DNA of 64,000 nt from a bacterium (GTDB lineage: Bacteria; Electryoneota; JAOADG01). A model generated the notes under the pieces. It did not search any database and was not told the DNA's origin. It was given only the letters and a program-made list of their open reading frames with translations. The stretch covers positions 571 through 64,570 of the forward strand of contig JAOTSC010000002.1 in assembly GCA_030247525.1 (NCBI GenBank). The letters run 5' to 3'. A program made the translations under genes and the position numbers. Below are positions 9,950 to 18,734 of the stretch, one piece after another (position 1 is the first letter of the stretch; the number at the start of each line of letters is the position of its first letter).

Positions 9950-11241
9950 TGGCATTTCGAATGATGAAACGGGTAGTTATCGTTGCAATCACTCTTCTGA
10001 TCGGGTACTTAACTCTATCGGGAGCTGGCTCTGCACCTTTGCTACAGGTGATGTATCCTTCTAAAAGCAAGATGGAAGTGTCGACGCCTCATCATTATCT
10101 CGTGGGAGATGTCGATACGTTTACGGTAACCCGATTGGAATTGTCGCGCACTACCGAGCGGATTGATCAAATGACAGCAAAGTCCGGTTCCATTCGTAGT
10201 GAGTTTGTGAAAAAGGTTAGTGGATTGTTTTCCCGTGATTTCCAGATTACTAATTTTGAAATCACAGTGTTTTCCTTGAAACCGAATACGAAAGAAGTGA
10301 AGCATTCGATTTACTTCCCCGCACAGAATCGAGTCAACCGGGATGCTTTTTGGCAATCACACGAGTTTCAATCGATTTATGAGAAGGTTTTTAAGGATTC
10401 GTTGTTCCGTGGTCTCAATTTTGTCGCGAAAGGTAATCTTGTTTCCCATGTCGAGTTATCAAAACGGCGGTTGCTGGACAAACTCGGTTCAAAATTTGTC
10501 ATGCGGGTCGATTTATCACCCGGACAAAATGATTATACGCTTCGTGCGATGGACAATTCCGACCGAATTTTAGAGGAACACCGTTACTCATTCCTGTATA
10601 AACCAGCAGTGAGCGAAGAAATCAAGAGTTTACCGGGATACGAAGCGGTGAAGTTTCACACGCCGGAACAAGAACAAAACTGTGCCAGTTGCCACCGGAT
10701 GAAACCGAATGCATCGGAGTTGACTTCGAATACGGCAACTGTCCGATTGTGTTATCCTTGCCATGTCTGGGTGACTGCCAGTACCAATGTTCACTATCCC
10801 ATTACCGAATGGAATTGTTTCTACTGTCACAGTGCACCAAAATCCGGTGAATCCGGGTTCGATGTTTCCGATAAACGCAAAAGCGATCAAACCTGTTTTG
10901 AGTGTCACGAAGACCTGAAGGATGCTTTGGCGAAAACCGATTTTCCCCATGCTCCTGCTGGTTCCGGTGATTGTCTTATTTGCCATAACCCGCACGGCAG
11001 CGATTTTCGCGGGATGTCAGTCATGAAGCCGAACGACCTTTGTCTTTCCTGCCATGAGAAGAAATACAGCAAGGATCACCCTGTGATGATGCATCCCGTG
11101 CAGGGCGTTCGTGACAGCAAGTCTCCGAAACAAGAACTATCGTGCGTAAGCTGCCACAATCCGCACTATGGAAGTAATGAGAAACTCTTTTATAAAGCGA
11201 CCGGAACCTTCCAGCTTTGTCAGGAGTGCCACAAAAAATGA
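9949..11241 (+). CDS. Octaheme c-type cytochrome, membrane-anchored or secreted
   Basis: N-terminal hydrophobic anchor/signal. Eight CxxCH motifs (CASCH, CYPCH, CFYCH, CFECH, CLICHNPH, CLSCH, CVSCHNPH, CQECH). Translationally coupled to the upstream cytochrome (ATGA overlap). Confidence 0.8.
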   Translation: MAFRMMKRVVIVAITLLIGYLTLSGAGSAPLLQVMYPSKSKMEVSTPHHYLVGDVDTFTVTRLELSRTTERIDQMTAKSGSIRSEFVKKVSGLFSRDFQITNFEITVFSLKPNTKEVKHSIYFPAQNRVNRDAFWQSHEFQSIYEKVFKDSLFRGLNFVAKGNLVSHVELSKRRLLDKLGSKFVMRVDLSPGQNDYTLRAMDNSDRILEEHRYSFLYKPAVSEEIKSLPGYEAVKFHTPEQEQNCASCHRMKPNASELTSNTATVRLCYPCHVWVTASTNVHYPITEWNCFYCHSAPKSGESGFDVSDKRKSDQTCFECHEDLKDALAKTDFPHAPAGSGDCLICHNPHGSDFRGMSVMKPNDLCLSCHEKKYSKDHPVMMHPVQGVRDSKSPKQELSCVSCHNPHYGSNEKLFYKATGTFQLCQECHKK

Positions 11242-13385
11242 ACGTACGTCTGTACAAACATCGAATTGATCAATGGCGCGACTGTCATTCCGTTCCGCTC
11301 AACTTGTCTATCCTTGTTTTGTTGTTGATTCTCGGTATTGTGCCAGCCAATGCACAAACCCTTTTCGGACAAAGTGGTGCGCTTTCCACTCCTTCCGCTG
11401 ACACCTATCCTGCAGGAAATTTCTCGGTTGGAAGTTACTTTCGTTCTTCATGTTTTCAGCCAGAACGGTTCGACGCTACCAGTGTTTATTTGATTACTGG
11501 ATTAAGTCCAACCACCGAAGCGAGTTTTTCTTTCCCGGGAATTTGGGGTAACAAAACACCACCTGCTCATTTTGAAATCCCGGCGCAAATCAGCTTCAAG
11601 CAAAAAGTGTATTCCTTACCGAAAAACCGCTTCCGCTTTGCGGTAGAAGGAATCATGCAACGCCGCCCGATGGGGGAAGATTCCGTATATGATCAAAGTG
11701 CAAATTGGGGTCTCGGTGTAATAGGCAGCAGTACATTTGGTCGAAATACCTATCATCTGTTTTACAGTCGCATGGTGTCTCGCGGCAACAAGAAGAGTCC
11801 ACAGGATTTTGCCGGCGCTGGATTGGATCGCTCGATTTCCGAGAAATTGGTTTTCAATTCCGATATTTATGTCGTGTCCGAGAATTTCTTTACCCAGCGC
11901 AAAGAAATCACTACGATGATGGGTTTTCGTTATCGGGTGAACTCCTATTTCCATGCAATTGGTGGCGGCGGTGTCGGTATTACCAAGGGTAGCAATGATT
12001 GGCAGTATTTCCTCGGACTTTCGTTTACAACCGACATCAAGAAATCCATCTATACAACCTTAACAGAAACGGTTCCACCCCCACCACCGCAAAGCGATCT
12101 TTACGAACAGCCCGGTTACGACATTGCCGCAGGTATTCCACCACCCGGATCACCGGAAATCATTGAAGCTCCGCATAAGAATGGCAATGGGAATGGTAAT
12201 GGCAACGGTAAGAAGAAACCACCATTTATTTTTACCCGGTTGTTCTTCGATGAGAATTCATTTGAGCTAAGTGAATTCGAGCAACAGAACCTCCAGTTAA
12301 TTTCGCGGGACATTAATAAAATCGGTCGCGACCAGTGTTTAACGGTTATCGGTCACTCCGATCCCACCGGTTCGAATCAAGAGAACTATGCCATTGCGAT
12401 GACTCGTGCGTTAACCGTTGCGGGAAAGATTATCGACAGTGCCGGGTTATCGCCGGAGAGCGTCATTATTGGCGGCGCGGGCGAAGTAATGTTGTCGGAT
12501 CGAAGAACGACATCGAATGCGTTGCAGATGAACCGGCGTGTCGAACTTCGCACCTGTAATCGGTTAAGTGTGCAATTGGACACGATACCTGAAGATAGTT
12601 GTACCATTCGTCAAGCAATTCAATGGCGTTCAGGCTCACACGGTATAGCAAAAGGTTTCAAACAGCTTTCCGTACAAATGGCGAACTGTCTGACGAAACT
12701 GGGCGAATTGCAACCAGAAGAATTCTATATCATCTCACCGAAGTGGGATCCCCAAGTTGATTATCGGACAACGGTTTACCGGACAGCGCTATTTTGGTTG
12801 TACACTGTGCAAACAAAGCAAATAGCACCCGAACGTTGTTTTCTTAAACTTCAGCCCGAATTGAATTTTGCCGGTGAAACTGAGAAGAATGCAGCATCGG
12901 AAGTTGGAATTGACGCACAACTCATTCATGTTGAAACTGGGTCAGACTCAGCGACCGTTCGGATTCGCTTTACCAATCAACAAAAAAGTGTCAAACGCTC
13001 GGTTTATATTGTAGTCACAGCGAATATCGATGGCAAACAAATTTCCGTTGTAGGTGATACACTACCTGAAGATGCGATTCCCGAGTACAATACGGGAAAA
13101 CGGTATCAATTCAAACACCAAATCGAACGAGAGTTTTCATTTCCACTTACTACGCAGGGAAGCAGTAAACCGGACTTCCAAGTGTACTTCTACGATGCAA
13201 ATGGAAAAACCCTTGGTACTACGCAAGCACTAAAATCGGAAGGGTTATCGCCACGATGGGCGAAGCGGTTTGCCGAAGCGCTTCATCTATCCGAAAAGGC
13301 AGTCGAACAACCGAGTGACTTGGAAATCAGTATTCGTAAGTATCGCAGCAACGATGTTAGAGATTTTAATACCGCAGAAAAGTGA
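11238..13385 (+). CDS. OmpA-family outer-membrane protein with NG-repeat and Pro-rich linker
   Basis: Signal peptide (LSILVLLLILGIVPANAQ). Central PPPPP and NGNGNGNGNG low-complexity linker. OmpA/MotB-like C-domain motif (LTVIGHSDPTGSNQENYAIAMTRALTV...NRRVELR). Start taken at the ATG just after the upstream stop. Confidence 0.65.
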   Translation: MNVRLYKHRIDQWRDCHSVPLNLSILVLLLILGIVPANAQTLFGQSGALSTPSADTYPAGNFSVGSYFRSSCFQPERFDATSVYLITGLSPTTEASFSFPGIWGNKTPPAHFEIPAQISFKQKVYSLPKNRFRFAVEGIMQRRPMGEDSVYDQSANWGLGVIGSSTFGRNTYHLFYSRMVSRGNKKSPQDFAGAGLDRSISEKLVFNSDIYVVSENFFTQRKEITTMMGFRYRVNSYFHAIGGGGVGITKGSNDWQYFLGLSFTTDIKKSIYTTLTETVPPPPPQSDLYEQPGYDIAAGIPPPGSPEIIEAPHKNGNGNGNGNGKKKPPFIFTRLFFDENSFELSEFEQQNLQLISRDINKIGRDQCLTVIGHSDPTGSNQENYAIAMTRALTVAGKIIDSAGLSPESVIIGGAGEVMLSDRRTTSNALQMNRRVELRTCNRLSVQLDTIPEDSCTIRQAIQWRSGSHGIAKGFKQLSVQMANCLTKLGELQPEEFYIISPKWDPQVDYRTTVYRTALFWLYTVQTKQIAPERCFLKLQPELNFAGETEKNAASEVGIDAQLIHVETGSDSATVRIRFTNQQKSVKRSVYIVVTANIDGKQISVVGDTLPEDAIPEYNTGKRYQFKHQIEREFSFPLTTQGSSKPDFQVYFYDANGKTLGTTQALKSEGLSPRWAKRFAEALHLSEKAVEQPSDLEISIRKYRSNDVRDFNTAEK

Positions 13386-13392
13386 GGATTGG

Positions 13393-13911
13393 ATGTTTTG
13401 TATCCCCCGTAACTGGATGTTTCGTTTGTTCGCTATTGTTGTTTTAATGATGACTGTAAGTATTGTGATGGCATACCCGCAGGGACATCCGATGGCGGGT
13501 GGTTTAAAGAAGTCGGCGGATAGCACGAAAAGTATGGATTCGATCCCCCAAACACCGCTCCCGACATTCGATAAAGTTTGGATTTCGATTCGGAAAAGTA
13601 ACGGCGACAGTTTAGCGCCAATGGCAATGATGCCGAATGAACTCTATGCACTAAAAGGAACCGATGTCTTGTTACGTGTTACCGATTGCTATAGTCATTG
13701 GATGATTAAAGGAAAAGCGGTAAACTACTCGAAAGAGGAAAAGAACCCGGCGGTGAAAGTCGAGATACTTAAGGGTGAGACGGTATTGTATACCCGTTGG
13801 GCATTCAAAAATATCCCGTTCTTTGGAATGAACAACATGATGGGACACACCCAATCGGGTGATAATCAACTCTATTTCACTTTGACAAAATATGAAGGGA
13901 TGAAGTGGTAA
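13393..13911 (+). CDS. Hypothetical secreted protein, last gene of cytochrome cluster A
   Basis: ORF opens at 13270 but overlaps the upstream gene. ATG 13393 gives a signal-anchor (MFCIPRNWMFRLFAIVVLMMTVSIVMAYP). No recognisable domain. Confidence 0.4.
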   Translation: MFCIPRNWMFRLFAIVVLMMTVSIVMAYPQGHPMAGGLKKSADSTKSMDSIPQTPLPTFDKVWISIRKSNGDSLAPMAMMPNELYALKGTDVLLRVTDCYSHWMIKGKAVNYSKEEKNPAVKVEILKGETVLYTRWAFKNIPFFGMNNMMGHTQSGDNQLYFTLTKYEGMKW

Positions 13912-14096
13912 TTGTAGTGGTGAATAATGCTTGAACTGCCGGTGTGAGATTTCACAATGCAGTTGGCAGTATTACACTACCACACCATTCGCGTAGTATT
14001 AAAGCGATCTTATAGCTAATCAATGCATCCTTTCCTTTGCGAAAATGATTCGAGGACTGCAAACGACGATTTGTTCTTGAATTCCCGGTTTCCGAT

Positions 14097-15587
14097 ATGC
14101 TAATAAAAAAATTCAGTTTGCGATACCGGATCATCGCCTCGATGGTCTTAGCAATGACGATACCCATTGCCATATCGAGCTGGATTTCGATGAACGAGCA
14201 CCGGGAGTTAATGATTGCACAACACAAGCGATATCAGCAGTCGCTGATACAACTCGCCTTGAACAGCGTCATGCTGTTTATGGACACCAACCACCCCACT
14301 GAAATCCACAACTCCCTGACAGGACTACGCGATGAAACCCACATCAAATCGATTCGAGTCATTTCCAATGAGGGTATAATTCGTTACAGCTCGAGTCATC
14401 ATGAAATCGGTTCTGCCGTTCCCGATTCGTTGTGGCGGCGCTTATCTAAGAAACCGATTGATATGAAGACGCAAGATGTCATCGATTTCACAAACCAAAC
14501 AATGACACTCGTTATGCGGATACCTAAGGAGCAGCGCTGTTTGGCTTGTCATGACGAACAAAGTCTCAACTTGGGTTACATAAGTATCGTCGACGACATA
14601 TCTAACATAAACACCGAGCTGAATATCCACCTTCGCGAATATTTAGTGTTATCGACCGGGATAATACTTACCGTCGTGTTGACGATATTTGGTATTCACC
14701 TCCGTTTTGTTCAGCGCAACATAAAGCACATGGGCGGCGCAATATCAAAAGTCGAGCGGGGCGATTTTCGCTCGCATATCCCGGTTGACGACTCAGAAGA
14801 GATTGGGACATTAGCGCGCTCGTTCAATGGCATGATCGATCGCTTGAATGTGATGCGCGAAGAGCTGCGGATTGCACACTTGAAGGAATTGGAACGTGCC
14901 GATAAACTTGCCAGTGTCGGGCAGTTGGCTGCGAGCATGGCACATGAGATAAAAAATCCGGTTGCCGGCATCTCCAGTGCGATGCAAGTCTTGATTGAAG
15001 ACCCCGATCAGGACCAGCAAAATGTCCAGATTTTTGAAGAAATCGCCCGTCAAGTAACACGCATTGATCACGCCGTGAATAGTTTGTTGTATTTTGCTCG
15101 ACCGAGTGAACCACGGATGTCATTCACTTCGGTTGACACCCTGTTGGAATTTTCGATGAAACTGATTCTTCAACAGGCACGACAAGCGAATGTAGTTGTC
15201 AAACAGCATGTGGATGAAAACATCCCGGAGTTGTATGTCGATCCCGGACAAATCGAACAAGTTCTGGTGAATCTTTCGATAAATGGCATTCAAGCAATGC
15301 CGTCCGGAGGTACATTAACGATTTCGGTGACATACCAAAAAGAGTCAGACAAGATATTCTTTCGAATCAACGATACCGGAGAAGGTATCCCACCCGAAAA
15401 ATTGAAAGAGATTTTCAAGCCGTTCTACACCTCCAAGCATAAGGGAACCGGTCTTGGACTATCGATTTGCACCGGTATCATTACCCGCCATGGCGGCGAG
15501 TTGTTTGTAGATAGTGTTGTAGGCGCTGGTTCAACATTTTCATTCGTTTTACCACGGGCTTCCCTTGCTTCCCAATCCAAGCTGTAG
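14097..15587 (+). CDS. Sensor histidine kinase with a c-type heme-binding motif (CLACH) in the periplasmic sensor domain
   Basis: Two TM segments flank a ~150-aa periplasmic domain containing CLACHDEQ. HAMP region, HisKA H-box (ASMAHEIKNPVAGI) and HATPase_c G-boxes (NDTGEGI, GTGLGLSI). Confidence 0.8.
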   Translation: MLIKKFSLRYRIIASMVLAMTIPIAISSWISMNEHRELMIAQHKRYQQSLIQLALNSVMLFMDTNHPTEIHNSLTGLRDETHIKSIRVISNEGIIRYSSSHHEIGSAVPDSLWRRLSKKPIDMKTQDVIDFTNQTMTLVMRIPKEQRCLACHDEQSLNLGYISIVDDISNINTELNIHLREYLVLSTGIILTVVLTIFGIHLRFVQRNIKHMGGAISKVERGDFRSHIPVDDSEEIGTLARSFNGMIDRLNVMREELRIAHLKELERADKLASVGQLAASMAHEIKNPVAGISSAMQVLIEDPDQDQQNVQIFEEIARQVTRIDHAVNSLLYFARPSEPRMSFTSVDTLLEFSMKLILQQARQANVVVKQHVDENIPELYVDPGQIEQVLVNLSINGIQAMPSGGTLTISVTYQKESDKIFFRINDTGEGIPPEKLKEIFKPFYTSKHKGTGLGLSICTGIITRHGGELFVDSVVGAGSTFSFVLPRASLASQSKL

Positions 15588-15728
15588 ATAACTTTTCCAG
15601 TAACCCCCTCTTAGCACTTGAATTAGAACCGTTTCTTATTAACTTACATTGCGAATCGGCTATCGAACTCACGATTCTTTTGAATCAGACCGATTAGCAA
15701 TGAAAGAACAATCATACAATTCCATTGC

Positions 15729-17129
15729 TTGTGGACAGGGGTGAGCGTGTCGGATTACAAAATCAAATTGTTGATCATCGACGATGAAAAGTTGATCGGC
15801 TGGTCGTTAGCCAAACAATTTGAAAAGGACGGTTATCAGACTTTTACAGCTTTGTCGGGGGAAGAAGGACTCGAAGTGTTCCGTCGGGAATCCCCGGAAG
15901 TGGTGTTCCTCGATAACCGGTTACCCAAGAAATCGGGATTGGAAGTCCTGAAAGAAATTCGACATCACTCACAATCCACCATCGTCATCTTTATGACTGC
16001 CTACGGATCTACCGAGACCGCCGTCGAAGCTATGAAACTCGGTGCCTACGATTATGTGAACAAACCGTTTCAATACAACGATGTCAATTCAATTGTCGAA
16101 CAAGCAGTTAAGGCAAACAAACTCGACGCGGAAGTTCTGGATATCCGTCGTAAGCTTATGAGCCGCTACGGTTTTTCCAGCATCATCGGCGAATCGAGCC
16201 AGATGATGCACATCTTTGAGATTATCCGAAAGATAACACATTCAGAAGCTTCGACAGTTTTGATTTATGGCGAATCCGGCACCGGCAAGGAAGTAGTCGC
16301 CCGGGCGATTCATTACGAATCAAATCGTTTCCAGAAACCATTTGTAGCGATTAACTGTGCAGCATTACCGGAAACCCTATTAGAGAGCGAGTTGTTTGGC
16401 TATGAGCGTGGTGCATTTACCGACGCCAAGCAGATGAAACGCGGACAGTTCGAGTTGGCGGAGGGGGGCACCCTGCTCCTCGATGAAATCGGTGAACTCA
16501 GTATCCAAATGCAGGTGAAATTACTTAGAGCGTTGGAAACCCGAACATTTAAACGACTGGGTGGTACACAGGACACCAAAATCGATGTCCGGGTCATAGC
16601 AGCGACGAATCGTGACCTTCAAGCAGCAATAGCTGAAGGGCGGTTCCGGCAGGATCTTTATTTTCGTCTGAAAGTCGTCACGGTGCAGCTTCCCCCTCTG
16701 CGAGAACGTCCCGAAGATATTCTGATACTGTCTACTTACTTCATTAATCACTTCAACAGGGAATTTTCCAAAAAAGTTACCGGACTTGATGAACCAGCTC
16801 GATGTGCAATGCTTGCGTACGAGTGGCCGGGAAATGTCCGTGAGCTCAAGAATGTGATTGAACATAGTCTCGTACTCGAAAATGATACCCTCATCCGGTT
16901 AGAGCATCTTCCAATAGAAATCCTTGGCAAAAAGCCTCAAAAAGTAGATCCCAGCGCTGTCCAATTAGAGTTTCCGGTCACCGGATTCCCTTTAGAGGAA
17001 ATCGAGAAGCTGGCAATCCAGAAAGCACTTAACTACGCCAACGGCAACCAATCAAAAGCGGCAGCTTTGCTTTCAGTCACCCGTGACACAATTCGTTACA
17101 AAATGAAGAAGTTCGGATTACTCGATTGA
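15729..17129 (+). CDS. Sigma-54-dependent response regulator (NtrC family: REC + AAA+ + Fis-type HTH)
   Basis: REC domain (LLIIDDE...FLDNRLP...), sigma-54 activator motifs (GESGTGKE, GAFTDA, ESELFGYERGAFT, LLDEIGEL) and C-terminal HTH. Confidence 0.85.
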   Translation: MWTGVSVSDYKIKLLIIDDEKLIGWSLAKQFEKDGYQTFTALSGEEGLEVFRRESPEVVFLDNRLPKKSGLEVLKEIRHHSQSTIVIFMTAYGSTETAVEAMKLGAYDYVNKPFQYNDVNSIVEQAVKANKLDAEVLDIRRKLMSRYGFSSIIGESSQMMHIFEIIRKITHSEASTVLIYGESGTGKEVVARAIHYESNRFQKPFVAINCAALPETLLESELFGYERGAFTDAKQMKRGQFELAEGGTLLLDEIGELSIQMQVKLLRALETRTFKRLGGTQDTKIDVRVIAATNRDLQAAIAEGRFRQDLYFRLKVVTVQLPPLRERPEDILILSTYFINHFNREFSKKVTGLDEPARCAMLAYEWPGNVRELKNVIEHSLVLENDTLIRLEHLPIEILGKKPQKVDPSAVQLEFPVTGFPLEEIEKLAIQKALNYANGNQSKAAALLSVTRDTIRYKMKKFGLLD

Positions 17130-17398
17130 GCGAGTTTTTCGGGAAAGCTGAGGATTTACGCGCAGGGAACTGGGTGATATTGCACAGTCCAATTCCGATG
17201 TGATAATTACCGGTCGATACCACCCCTTGGTATTTGCGGAAAAGAAGCATCTGAGTTGTCATCTTGGATGGTGTCGCCTGGCAAGAATTTTCAATAATGA
17301 TTTTATGTTGTTGTTATTATAGTGTTTATATTATACTAAGCTGATCATATCCCATTCGAGTCTTTCCTTCCCGGTCATCAGGTGAATTTCCGCATATA

Positions 17399-17414
17399 TG
17401 GCACACTCTTTGCC
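17399..17414 (+). promoter_or_regulatory. Sigma-54 promoter (TGGCAC-N5-TTGC) upstream of cytochrome cluster B
   Basis: Exact -24/-12 consensus TGGCACactctTTGCc, ~58 nt upstream of ATG 17472 and immediately downstream of the sigma-54 activator gene. Confidence 0.5.
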
Positions 17415-17471
17415 AATCTGTCGGTAGCTAAATAGGCTTTACCAACCCAAGGTATCGAAGGATTCCCAAGA

Positions 17472-18710
17472 ATGTTATATCACTCGAAACTCTCACGCAC
17501 CGGAACGATTTGCATCGTTGCACTCATGGTCGCCGTGACCATCACGTCTGCCCTTGCGCTTCCTTCCTTTATCCATGCCACTCGCACCCTTGACGGGATT
17601 ACCGTCCAGCCGGAGCGGGTCGCTGTAGCTCCCAATGGCATAGTTTATCTGTCCGAACCTCAAAGCAACCGGATCTTAGCTGTTTCGACCGAGGGGATCG
17701 TTGTGGGTTCGATTCCGGTTGCTAATGTAATCGCTGTTGGTGTTCTTCCGAATGGCTCACTACTTGCCAGCCACGGAACCCAAGTCGATTGCTACAATGC
17801 GAATGGCACTTTTCAATTCTCATTGGGTAACGGGATCGGCGAATTCAACAAGGCAGGCGAGATTGCTGTTGCAACCGATGGTTCGATCTATGTGACCGAT
17901 ACCCGCCAACACGTTGTCAAAGTATACCAACCTGATGGAACTTTCCGGTTTGCATTCGGCAGCCGTGGTTCCGCCAACGGACAATTTGTATTTCCGACCG
18001 GCATCGCCCTAAGCGCAAACGAAACCGAAGTTTTTGTTGCCGATCAAGGCAATAGCCGCATCAACGTATATAGCCGCACCGGCAGCTATCTTCGTAGTTT
18101 CGGCCGTGCAACCTATCAAGTCGGTTCAAGCTGGGTATTTGATGGTACGTTTACCCGCGTTCAGGGAATTTCGGTCGATCAACTGAATCGACTCTACATT
18201 TCTGATTTGTATCAGAATGATGTACAAGTTCTTTCAGCCCAAGGCGAATTCTTAGGCAGAATCGTTCCTGGAACCAGTCTTCCCTTCGCTCATCCTGCAG
18301 ATTTGGTCGTAAGTGGTAACCAACTCTATATCCTTTCGACTTTCTCGAATCAAGTGTTCGCATATTCCATCGATGGCGTTACCAGTGTCAACAATCCAGC
18401 CGCCGCGATTGTTTCGCACTTTGCGCTGAATAACAATTATCCCAACCCCTTTAATGGTACGACTCGAATTCCGTTCGCCCTTAAGCAAAACGGTAAAGTA
18501 TCGTTGACCATTTGGAACGTACTGGGTCAGCAAGTCGGTACTCTCATCAATGCGAATATGAATGCGGGATACCATGAAGTCGTTTGGAACACTACCTCCG
18601 GCAGCTACGGCGCAGTGACCAGCGGTGTTTATTATTGCAAACTTTCCGTTGTCGACGAATCCGGAACCTCTCTTTACCAGTCGACCGGTAAAATGCTCTT
18701 TTTGAAGTAA
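17472..18710 (+). CDS. NHL-repeat beta-propeller protein with T9SS C-terminal sorting domain
   Basis: Signal peptide. NHL-like repeats (YVTD..., VFVAD..., YISD...). C-terminal NNYPNPFNGTTRIPFALKQNGKVSLTIWNVLGQQVGTL (T9SS CTD). Confidence 0.7.
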   Translation: MLYHSKLSRTGTICIVALMVAVTITSALALPSFIHATRTLDGITVQPERVAVAPNGIVYLSEPQSNRILAVSTEGIVVGSIPVANVIAVGVLPNGSLLASHGTQVDCYNANGTFQFSLGNGIGEFNKAGEIAVATDGSIYVTDTRQHVVKVYQPDGTFRFAFGSRGSANGQFVFPTGIALSANETEVFVADQGNSRINVYSRTGSYLRSFGRATYQVGSSWVFDGTFTRVQGISVDQLNRLYISDLYQNDVQVLSAQGEFLGRIVPGTSLPFAHPADLVVSGNQLYILSTFSNQVFAYSIDGVTSVNNPAAAIVSHFALNNNYPNPFNGTTRIPFALKQNGKVSLTIWNVLGQQVGTLINANMNAGYHEVVWNTTSGSYGAVTSGVYYCKLSVVDESGTSLYQSTGKMLFLK

Positions 18711-18734
18711 CCGATTTTACTAAGTCTCTACACA

